Source of the DNA: Candidatus Daviesbacteria bacterium
GTDB lineage: Bacteria > Patescibacteriota > Microgenomatia > Daviesbacterales > UBA10151
Assembly (NCBI GenBank): GCA_028687915.1
Contig: JAQTZF010000001.1
Location: 354,634-418,633, forward strand
Reading direction: 5' to 3'
Length of the DNA: 64,000 nt
Part shown: positions 57,461-64,000 of the stretch, in pieces
Layout: each line of letters opens with the position of its first letter
Numbering within the stretch: position 1 is the stretch's first letter
Notes under the pieces: generated by a model
Databases searched by the model: none
What the model was told of the DNA's origin: nothing
What the model saw: the letters and a program-made list of their open reading frames with translations, nothing else
Translations under genes and position numbers: made by a program

Positions 57461-59956
57461 TTAGTAAATATCGTCCTTTTTTATTCTTGTTTTCATAATT
57501 AACTCAAAAATTTCTATGAGAGTTATTGAAATTAGGGATGAAATAATTGCAATTAATATTCCGTTGGTATTAAGCTCGGAAAATAAAAATAAATTTCTTA
57601 GTCCTGGAATTAAAATCGTCGCTAATAAAAGAGTGATAGTTCCTAGTGTAATAAGCTTTATGGATTTGGTAGCGCTAATAAAACTATGTAAGATATTTTT
57701 TGGTCCGTTAATGTTAGCAAACATAGCTCCAATATTTGATAAGATTAAACAGACAAAAGTTATAGTTCTAGTGGCACTATCTGTAAATCCAAGGTACCTG
57801 GTAAAGAAGATTACTCCCAGACAAATAGATAGAATTATTCCTCCCTGTATTATTGAATAATATAATGTTTTATTATCAAGAAAGGGTAGATTAAGTCTTC
57901 TTGGGTGTTTTAACATTGTATCTTTATCTGCTTCTGTTGTTTCAAAAGCTATAGCAGAAGAGGGGTCTATAAATAATTCCAGGAAAACTATGTGTAAGGG
58001 AAATAATATTAATGGTAAATGAAACAAGGGAGGGATTAAGGCAATTCCGGCAATTGGTACATGAATGGCTAGTGTATACATTACAGCTCTTTTAATATTG
58101 GTATAAATCCTTCTGCCAAGTGAAATAGCTTCAACTAAGGAAGAAAAATCTCCATTTAATAAAACTAGTGAGGCTGATTCTTTAGCTACATCAGTACTTC
58201 TTTGTCCCAGGGCAATTCCAATATGGGAAGCAGCTAGTGCTGGAGCATCATTTATACCATCTCCGGTCATAGCAACAATTTCACCATTAGCTTTTAAAGC
58301 ATTAACTATACGTAGTTTTTCCTCCGGGATAATTCTGGCAAATATACAGCTTGTAGCAACAACTTTTTGTAGCTCTGTATCAGACATCTTTGAAACTTCT
58401 TGACCGGTTACAACATCCTGTATATTCTCCAGCCCAATTTTATGTGCCACAAACTTTGCAGTTTCCGGATAATCTCCGGTTACCATTATTACCTTAATTC
58501 CAGCCTTGTGACAAACTTGTATAGCAGCTGGAACAGTTGGTCTTACCGGGTCAACCAAGCCAATAAGACCTAAAAATTTGTAATTAATTTCGTTTTGGGT
58601 TTTTGGTAAACTTGTACCTTCTGCTTTAGCAACAGCCAGAACTTTTAGACCTGTTGATGCCATCTCAGAGACCTGGAATATAAACTTTCTTTCATCTGTC
58701 TTTGATAATTTACATAATTTAATAATAGTTTCCGGTGCGCCTTTGGCAGAAAAAATATAATTTTTTGAGCCTTCTAGTTGCCAGACATTTGTTATAGCCA
58801 TAATTTCTTTAGAGAATGTATATTCTTTGATTAGTTCTTTATTTTCTATAATCTTTATATCCTGGTTTTTTGCTTTTTCTAGGATTGCAATTTCTACTGG
58901 ATCAAAAGTATTTTTGCGGGAAGCAGAAACTGCATATTCAAGAAGTTCTTGTTCTGAAGTATTCTCTTGATGAAAGAGTTCTGCAACAGACATCTTATTA
59001 AAAGTAACAGTGCCTGTTTTATCAACACAAAGTACAGTTGTTGCTCCCAGAGTCTCTATGGCTGGAATATCTTTAGTTAAAACTCCTTTTTTTGAAATTC
59101 TCCAGGCTCCAAGTGCTAAAAATACTGTCATAATTACTACGAATTCTTCTGGTAAGATAGATAAACTTAAAGTAATACCTGCAAGAAATCCTTCCATCCA
59201 ATTGTTTCTAATAACACCATAAATAATTACTACGACTAAACACAAAATTCCTCCTAATAAGGCTAATTTATAAATAAACTTGTTTGTTTCTTCTTGTAAG
59301 TGAGATTTTGTGCGCTTAATTTGAGATAAGGCTTTGCCTATTTTTCCAATTTCACTCTTAGGTCCTGTAAATATCACTTTGGCATAACAATGTCCTGTGG
59401 TGATAAGTGTTCCACTATATAAAAAAGGCAGATTTGGGCCACCAGGTCTTCTAATTGGGGTGATACTATTCCATACTGTCTTTGAAACAGCCAAAGATTC
59501 ACCGGTTAAAATAGATTCATCAACAGTCAAATTATTTGCATCTAATATTGCTGCATCTGCCGGAATCCTTTCACCTTCTGATAAAACTAAAATATCTTCC
59601 GGAACAATTTCTCTAGCTGGAATTGTCTTAATAATGCCTTCCCGGATTACCTTTGCCATTGGTTCTGATAACTCCTTTAAAGCAGCTAGTGCTTTTTCTG
59701 TTTTTTGGTTTTGATAAAAAGAAATAGCAACAATAATACAAATACTTCCAGATAAAGCTAAGGCTTCTTTAAAATCACCAAGAAAAAAGTATAAGGCAAC
59801 AGAAATAATTAACAGTATAAACATGGGTTCCTTTAAGGTGGAAATAAGGATAGAAAAAAACCCTTTCTTTTTATCCTGAGGTAAAGAGTTAAACCCTTCT
59901 ATCTCTAGCTTTTTTGCAGCCTCAGCTTCTGTTAAACCAATAAATTTTTCACTCAT
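57461..59956 (-). CDS. P-type cation-transporting ATPase (type II, Ca2+/Mg2+-like)
   Basis: 'DKTGTVT', '[19 protein letters not shown]', 10 TM segments, 831 aa. Confidence 0.85.
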   Translation of the reverse strand: MSEKFIGLTEAEAAKKLEIEGFNSLPQDKKKGFFSILISTLKEPMFILLIISVALYFFLGDFKEALALSGSICIIVAISFYQNQKTEKALAALKELSEPMAKVIREGIIKTIPAREIVPEDILVLSEGERIPADAAILDANNLTVDESILTGESLAVSKTVWNSITPIRRPGGPNLPFLYSGTLITTGHCYAKVIFTGPKSEIGKIGKALSQIKRTKSHLQEETNKFIYKLALLGGILCLVVVIIYGVIRNNWMEGFLAGITLSLSILPEEFVVIMTVFLALGAWRISKKGVLTKDIPAIETLGATTVLCVDKTGTVTFNKMSVAELFHQENTSEQELLEYAVSASRKNTFDPVEIAILEKAKNQDIKIIENKELIKEYTFSKEIMAITNVWQLEGSKNYIFSAKGAPETIIKLCKLSKTDERKFIFQVSEMASTGLKVLAVAKAEGTSLPKTQNEINYKFLGLIGLVDPVRPTVPAAIQVCHKAGIKVIMVTGDYPETAKFVAHKIGLENIQDVVTGQEVSKMSDTELQKVVATSCIFARIIPEEKLRIVNALKANGEIVAMTGDGINDAPALAASHIGIALGQRSTDVAKESASLVLLNGDFSSLVEAISLGRRIYTNIKRAVMYTLAIHVPIAGIALIPPLFHLPLILFPLHIVFLELFIDPSSAIAFETTEADKDTMLKHPRRLNLPFLDNKTLYYSIIQGGIILSICLGVIFFTRYLGFTDSATRTITFVCLILSNIGAMFANINGPKNILHSFISATKSIKLITLGTITLLLATILIPGLRNLFLFSELNTNGILIAIISSLISITLIEIFELIMKTRIKKDDIY

Positions 59957-60077
59957 AAAGATATATACTTTTATTAGTGTAACATGGCTGATTTAAAGAG
60001 GGTAAGAAGCTTGTTTCTGTAGTGTACCCCAAGAGCATTCACTACTTCATAGTAGCGCGCCCTAAAGGCACTCACCA

Positions 60078-60190
60078 CTACGTTGGTAGCGCGTACGGGA
60101 GTAGGGCTACCTCCCGACGTACGTCGGGACGATCCTGTCCCGATTAGAATCGGGATTGAACCTGCTTAGCTCTGCGAGATGCGCATGCTT
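60078..60190 (-). ncRNA. Structured tRNA-like remnant. Its 3' end ACUCCCGUACGCGCUA-CCA duplicates the 3' end of tRNA-Glu and encodes CCA. It is preceded by three consecutive perfect hairpins (UCCCGAUU-cua-AAUCGGGA; GGGAC-aggauc-GUCCC; the self-complementary CCCGACGUACGUCGGG).
   Basis: Read on the minus strand. I could not fold it into a canonical cloverleaf (no 5' acceptor partner, 9-nt T-loop). Confidence 0.3.
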
Positions 60191-60206
60191 CTTGCCCAAA
60201 TACGGC

Positions 60207-60246
60207 AAAAAACAAAAAATCCCCCACAGGGGGTATTTTGTTTTTG
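60207..60246. terminator. Bidirectional rho-independent terminator: A-run, CCCCC-aca-GGGGG, U-run
   Basis: Symmetric, and flanked by T-runs on both strands. Lies directly 3' of tRNA-Glu (minus). Confidence 0.6.
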
Positions 60247-60320
60247 TAGCGCGTACGGGAGTTGAACCCGTGATTTTCGGAATGAGAATCCGACGTCCTG
60301 GACCACTAGACGAACGCGCC
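60247..60320 (-). tRNA. tRNA-Glu (anticodon CUC)
   Basis: Manual fold: acceptor GGCGCGU/ACGCGCU, D arm GUCU-AGUGGUCCA-GGAC (Glu-type, cf. E. coli UCGUCUAGAGGCCCAGGACA), anticodon arm UCGGA-UUCUCAU-UCCGA, T arm ACGGG-UUCAACU-CCCGU, discriminator A. Followed by CA, not CCA. Confidence 0.8.
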
Positions 60321-60332
60321 ATATTTCTGATT

Positions 60333-60426
60333 TGCGTTCATCTGCGAGTGCAAAAGCCCTCTAATGACGAACACATTCTATGTATATGCGTTCATCTGCG
60401 AGTGCAAAAGCCCTCTAATGACGAAC
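60333..60426. repeat. Two copies of a 40-nt hairpin-forming unit (TGCGTTCATCTGCGAGTGCAAAAGCCCTCTAATGACGAAC) with a 54-bp period, immediately 5' of tRNA-Glu on its strand
   Basis: Exact duplicate at 60333-60372 and 60387-60426. On the minus strand each unit starts with G(C/U)GUUCGUC; the promoter-proximal copy, extended by 2 nt, reads GCGCGUUCGUC, identical to tRNA-Glu positions 2-12. Closing stem GCGUUC/GAACGC. Confidence 0.6.
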
Positions 60427-60493
60427 GCGCTGAGCAAGTGAATTTTATCAAAAAAGTATCCTTAAAGCTACATTTTTATATAAAATATCTGTA

Positions 60494-60522
60494 TTGCAAA
60501 AATAATAAATATGATCTAAAAT
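60494..60522 (+). promoter_or_regulatory. Promoter TTGCAA-17-TAAAAT for greA
   Basis: Hexamers read directly. Confidence 0.4.
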
Positions 60523-60543
60523 TTACCCAATCTATTTCTTTTT

Positions 60544-61032
60544 ATGGCTAAATTGGACAGGTCAGCCAAGATATCTAAAAAAGTTTACTTAACCCCCCAA
60601 GGTCTTCAAGACGCGAAAATTGAATTGGATTATCTTAAGAATGAAAAGAGGGCTCAGGTTGCAGAAAGAATTCAGGGAGCCAGGGATTTTGGTGATGTGT
60701 CAGAAAATTCAGAGTATGATTCAGCATTGGAAGAACAAACTTTAGTGGAAAATAGGATTGCATATTTAGAGGATGCGATTGGGAACGCTCAGCTAATTGA
60801 AGGGGCTTTAAGCTGTGAGACTGTGGTTATAGGATCAGTAGTTAAGGTAAGAATGGATGATGGTGTGGATGAATATACTATTGTGGGAAAAGTAGAAGCA
60901 AATCCTTCCAAGAAGAAAATATCAAATGAATCTCCTGTAGGATCAGCTTTATTGGGAGCTAAAATAGGGGAAGAAGTAGTTATTTGTACTCCAGACTCAA
61001 GTTATAAAGCTAAGGTACTCCAAATTAAATAA
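60544..61032 (+). CDS. greA: Transcription elongation factor GreA
   Basis: N-terminal coiled-coil with acidic tip 'DFGDVSENSEYD', and a C-terminal FKBP-like domain. Confidence 0.85.
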   Translation: MAKLDRSAKISKKVYLTPQGLQDAKIELDYLKNEKRAQVAERIQGARDFGDVSENSEYDSALEEQTLVENRIAYLEDAIGNAQLIEGALSCETVVIGSVVKVRMDDGVDEYTIVGKVEANPSKKKISNESPVGSALLGAKIGEEVVICTPDSSYKAKVLQIK

Positions 61033-61087
61033 AGCATAAATCCCCTTAACTCTTCCTAAATTAGCCAAATTTAGGTATACTTTACCC

Positions 61088-62650
61088 ATGTTCTGGGCCG
61101 ATAGAGTAGCTAAAGAAATAATAAATAGTGAAAAATATAAACCATATAAGGTGGATGAAATGTTTACACCTTCTGGTTTTATGCATATTGGGAATTTAAG
61201 GGGTTCACTTGTACATGATTTAATGTACAAGGCTTTAAGAGATGCTGGAGAAAGTCCAGTTTTTACTTATGTACTTAATGATTTTGATCCTATAGATGGC
61301 TTACCAGATGATTTACAGGAATTTAGTAAATATTTAGGTGTTCCTTTAAGAAATGTTCCCTGGAAAGATAAAGAGTATGAAAGCTTTGCTGATTATTTTG
61401 CTTCAGACATGAAAAATACTCTAAAAAAGTTTGGGGTTGATCCTCAATTTTTATCTTCGTGGGATATGTATCATGAAGGTAAATTTAATGAAGAGATAAA
61501 AGCTGCATTAGATAATGCTGTGGAGATTCAAAATATATATCATGAAGTTTCAGGTAGTCAGAAAAAAGCGCAGGGATGGTATCCATTACAAGTAATTTGT
61601 CCAAATTGCGGAAAATTAGGTACCACCAGGGTTTACGAATGGGATGGAGAAACAGTGGCCTTTAAATGTGAGCCACATATGGTGAAATGGGCAGAAGGCT
61701 GTGATTATGAAGGTAGAATTAGCCCCTTTAATGGTAATGGAAAATTGCCTTGGAAAGTAGATTGGCCGGCCCATTGGAAGGTTATTGGGGTGACTATAGA
61801 AGGAGCAGGTAAGGATCATTCTGTGGCAGGTTCATCAAGAGATGTTGCAAGAGAACTATGTAAACGAGTATTTAAGATTGAAGAACCATTTAATATACCT
61901 TATGAATTCTTTACTATTGGTGGCAAAAAAATGTCTTCCTCAAAAGGGGTAGGGTTAAAAGCACATGATTTATTTGATCTTTTACCAGCTGAGGTAGGGA
62001 GATTCCTTTATTGCAGAACTGAGTATAAGCAAGAAGTTAATTTTGATCCATTTGAAACAATGGCTATCCCGGATTTATTTGATGAATATGATAGATGTTA
62101 TCAACACTATATAGATGGTACTGATGAAAACTTTGGTAGAGCTTTTGAACTTTCCCAAATAAATAAATTACCTGTTAAAGAAAAAACATTCTTACCCAGA
62201 TTTATTGATGTTGCTAATTATATACAACAACCCAGGATTGATATTTACCAAGTATTTGGTGAAATAAAAGGAGAATCTTTAAATGAAGTTGAACGAGATA
62301 TTTTAGAAGAAAGAATTAAGTATGCTAAGGTTTGGTTAGATGGTTATGCACCAGATAAATATAAGTTTCAAATGACTAATACTGTTTCAAAAATAGCAGA
62401 GAGCTTAACTGAAGATCAAAAAGAATATTTAAAAAAAATAATACCTTTAATCAAACAAGAGATATCAGCAGAAGATTTACAGCTTAAACTTTATGAATTA
62501 TCAAAAGAGAGGGGATTAGAAGCTAAAAAGGCTTTTGGAGCAATATATATGGCATTAATTGGAAAAGAATCAGGTCCAAAAGCAGGATGGTTATTACAAC
62601 AATATCCAAGTGATAAAATTGCAGAAAGAATAGAAGAGGTAACAAGATGA
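61088..62650 (+). CDS. lysK: Class I lysyl-tRNA synthetase (archaeal-type LysRS-I)
   Basis: 'FTPSGFMHIGNLRG' (HIGH) and 'KMSSSKG' (KMSKS), with zinc-binding 'CPNCGK'. 520 aa. Confidence 0.85.
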   Translation: MFWADRVAKEIINSEKYKPYKVDEMFTPSGFMHIGNLRGSLVHDLMYKALRDAGESPVFTYVLNDFDPIDGLPDDLQEFSKYLGVPLRNVPWKDKEYESFADYFASDMKNTLKKFGVDPQFLSSWDMYHEGKFNEEIKAALDNAVEIQNIYHEVSGSQKKAQGWYPLQVICPNCGKLGTTRVYEWDGETVAFKCEPHMVKWAEGCDYEGRISPFNGNGKLPWKVDWPAHWKVIGVTIEGAGKDHSVAGSSRDVARELCKRVFKIEEPFNIPYEFFTIGGKKMSSSKGVGLKAHDLFDLLPAEVGRFLYCRTEYKQEVNFDPFETMAIPDLFDEYDRCYQHYIDGTDENFGRAFELSQINKLPVKEKTFLPRFIDVANYIQQPRIDIYQVFGEIKGESLNEVERDILEERIKYAKVWLDGYAPDKYKFQMTNTVSKIAESLTEDQKEYLKKIIPLIKQEISAEDLQLKLYELSKERGLEAKKAFGAIYMALIGKESGPKAGWLLQQYPSDKIAERIEEVTR

Positions 62651-63213
62651 TAAATAGAGAAGAGGGTTTGAAAATTTTGGAAGAAAAAGTTTCTAACAAA
62701 AATATTATCAAACATATGCTAGCAACAGAAGCCATGATGAAAGCATTAGCAAAAAAGTTTGAGTCAGACAAGCAGGAAGAGTGGGGGATGGCAGGACTTT
62801 TACATGATGGAGATTATAGTGAAGAAGTGCCTGTTGAAAAGCAAGGAATTCAAATTAGTGAATGGTTGGATGAAAAAGGATTTGAAATCCCTGAAACTGT
62901 TAAACATGCAATGGCTGCTCATAATATGGCAAATACAGGGGTCAAGCCTGAATCAAAAATGGATTGGGCTCTTTTTTGTGGAGACTCATTAACTGGTTTA
63001 ATTGTAGCTTCTGCTTTAGTTCTACCAGAAAGAAAATTGGTAAATTTAACTGTTGAATCTATTATGAAGCGTTATAAAGAACCAAAATTTGCTGCAGGTA
63101 CCAGAAGAGAAGAAATAAAGATGTGTGAGGATCACTTAGGGATTTCCTTGGAAGAATTTGTTAGAATTACTTTGCAAGCCATGCAAGAAGTGCATGAAAG
63201 GATTGGACTTTAA
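62647..63213 (+). CDS. HD-domain protein, 188 aa
   Basis: 'H...GLLHDGDY' and 'HAMAAHN' metal-binding motifs. The ATG overlaps the lysK stop (ATGA). Confidence 0.6.
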   Translation: MINREEGLKILEEKVSNKNIIKHMLATEAMMKALAKKFESDKQEEWGMAGLLHDGDYSEEVPVEKQGIQISEWLDEKGFEIPETVKHAMAAHNMANTGVKPESKMDWALFCGDSLTGLIVASALVLPERKLVNLTVESIMKRYKEPKFAAGTRREEIKMCEDHLGISLEEFVRITLQAMQEVHERIGL

Positions 63214-64000
63214 ATGTTAGACATTAATTTAATTAGGGAAAATAGTGAAAAAGTTAAAAAGGGCATAGCTAATAAAGGTTGTCCTGAGGTTTTAGTGGAT
63301 AAAGTTTTGGATTTAGACAAACAAAGAAGAGAACTAATCCAAAAAGTTGATGAACTACGAGCAGACAGTAATAAAGCAGCTAGTGAACGTGATATAGAAA
63401 AAGGAAGACAGCTTAAAGAAGAATTACAAAAAATAGATCCAGAACTGGAAAAAATTAAAGCAGAATTTGAAGAAGTCTTAATGCAACTTCCAAATCTACC
63501 AGCAGATAATACTCCAATAGGTAAAAATGAATCCGAAAATAAAGTAATGAGACAGGTTGGAACTCCTGCAAAATTTAACTTTGAACCAAAAGATCATTTT
63601 ACTTTAGGACAAAACTTAAAGATTATAGATTTTGAAAGTGGAGCAAAAGTAACCGGATCTCAATTCTATTTTTTATATAACGAAGGAGTTATGTTGGAAT
63701 TGGCACTTATCCAATATGCTATGAGTTTATTATCCAAAGAAGGGTTTATTCCTGTTATAACTCCAGATTTAGCTAAATCAAGATTTTATTTAGGTACAGG
63801 CTATGCTCCAAAAGGTGATGAAGCTCAAACTTATACAATTAATGATGAGGATTTAGGGTTAATTGCTACAGCAGAGGTAACTTTAGCAGGAAAACATGCT
63901 GATGAAATATTTGCAGAAGATCAACTTCCTATAAAATATATTGGATATTCACATTGTTTCCGAAAAGAAGCTGGAGCTTATGGAAAATATTCTAAAGGAT
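63214..64000 (+). CDS. serS: Seryl-tRNA synthetase, 5' portion only (runs off the window)
   Basis: N-terminal coiled-coil arm, then class II motif 1/2 region 'GSQFYFLYNEGVMLELALIQY...FRKEAGA'. No stop before the window end. Confidence 0.85.
   Translation, partial: MLDINLIRENSEKVKKGIANKGCPEVLVDKVLDLDKQRRELIQKVDELRADSNKAASERDIEKGRQLKEELQKIDPELEKIKAEFEEVLMQLPNLPADNTPIGKNESENKVMRQVGTPAKFNFEPKDHFTLGQNLKIIDFESGAKVTGSQFYFLYNEGVMLELALIQYAMSLLSKEGFIPVITPDLAKSRFYLGTGYAPKGDEAQTYTINDEDLGLIATAEVTLAGKHADEIFAEDQLPIKYIGYSHCFRKEAGAYGKYSKG

Noticed and set aside
60078-60190. Second canonical tRNA or tmRNA on the minus strand
   Set aside because: The 3' end plus CCA is tRNA-like, but no 5' acceptor strand, D arm or anticodon arm could be paired. 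The putative T-loop would be 9 nt. It is reported only as a tRNA-like remnant.
60107-60322. 71-aa minus-strand ORF
   Set aside because: It overlaps tRNA-Glu, the bidirectional terminator and the hairpin cluster. It is an artefact of reading structured RNA.
60333-60426. Possible mini-CRISPR (40-nt repeats with a 14-nt spacer)
   Set aside because: Only two copies, the spacer is far too short, there are no cas genes, and the repeats share sequence with the adjacent tRNA.
60156-60551. 131-aa plus-strand ORF with an internal repeated peptide (ICVHLRVQKPSNDE x2)
   Set aside because: It is the translation of the 54-bp tandem DNA repeat and tRNA-Glu flank on the wrong strand. greA has its own promoter and start at 60544.

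Overview
This 64 kb window is AT-rich (I estimate roughly one-third GC by eye), densely packed and almost entirely core metabolism and cell envelope. I cannot name the organism, but the gene set suggests a small-genome bacterium of the Patescibacteria/CPR type: class I LysRS, a two-gene split transketolase, a class II B12-dependent RNR, an H+-pyrophosphatase and a short-form 6PGDH; this is inference only. Main content, in order: secD, two inserted genes, secF; cca; recJ; aspS-like; a DD-carboxypeptidase; gltX; murA; two large GT-C/DUF2079-type membrane proteins; a NUDIX-methyltransferase-membrane-helicase block; a Crp/Fnr regulator; and a pentose-phosphate/glycolytic cluster (rpiB, rpe, split tkt, pfkB, zwf, gnd, fba). 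Further along: a CsoR-controlled copper operon (cupredoxin, copA, CcdA-like::cupredoxin fusion, copZ); nrdR-nrdJ-cobO; lon; an HD protein; hppA; a minus-strand operon of a P-type ATPase plus three single-domain receivers and a PAS histidine kinase; greA; lysK; an HD protein; and the start of serS. Two tRNAs, Gln(CTG) on plus and Glu(CTC) on minus, both carry nearby partial duplicates of their own ends. No transposase, integrase or CRISPR array was seen. The most system-like novelty is at 7.4-9.0 kb. A consensus promoter drives a leaderless, aromatic-rich leader ORF followed by a terminator/antiterminator whose 3' stem sequesters the SD of an ANT/Lnu-like Pol-beta nucleotidyltransferase. Divergent from it are two small proteins of unknown function, relatively GC-rich by my impression, the upstream one also with a hairpin-U-run-ATG arrangement. 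Other structure worth a second look: a 4-copy tandem repeat between nrdR and nrdJ, NrdR boxes upstream of nrdR, two operator-like elements (one CIRCE-like) in the lon promoter, and a structured tRNA-like remnant with encoded CCA next to tRNA-Glu. All calls are from reading motifs in the translations and sequence; no database searches were run.
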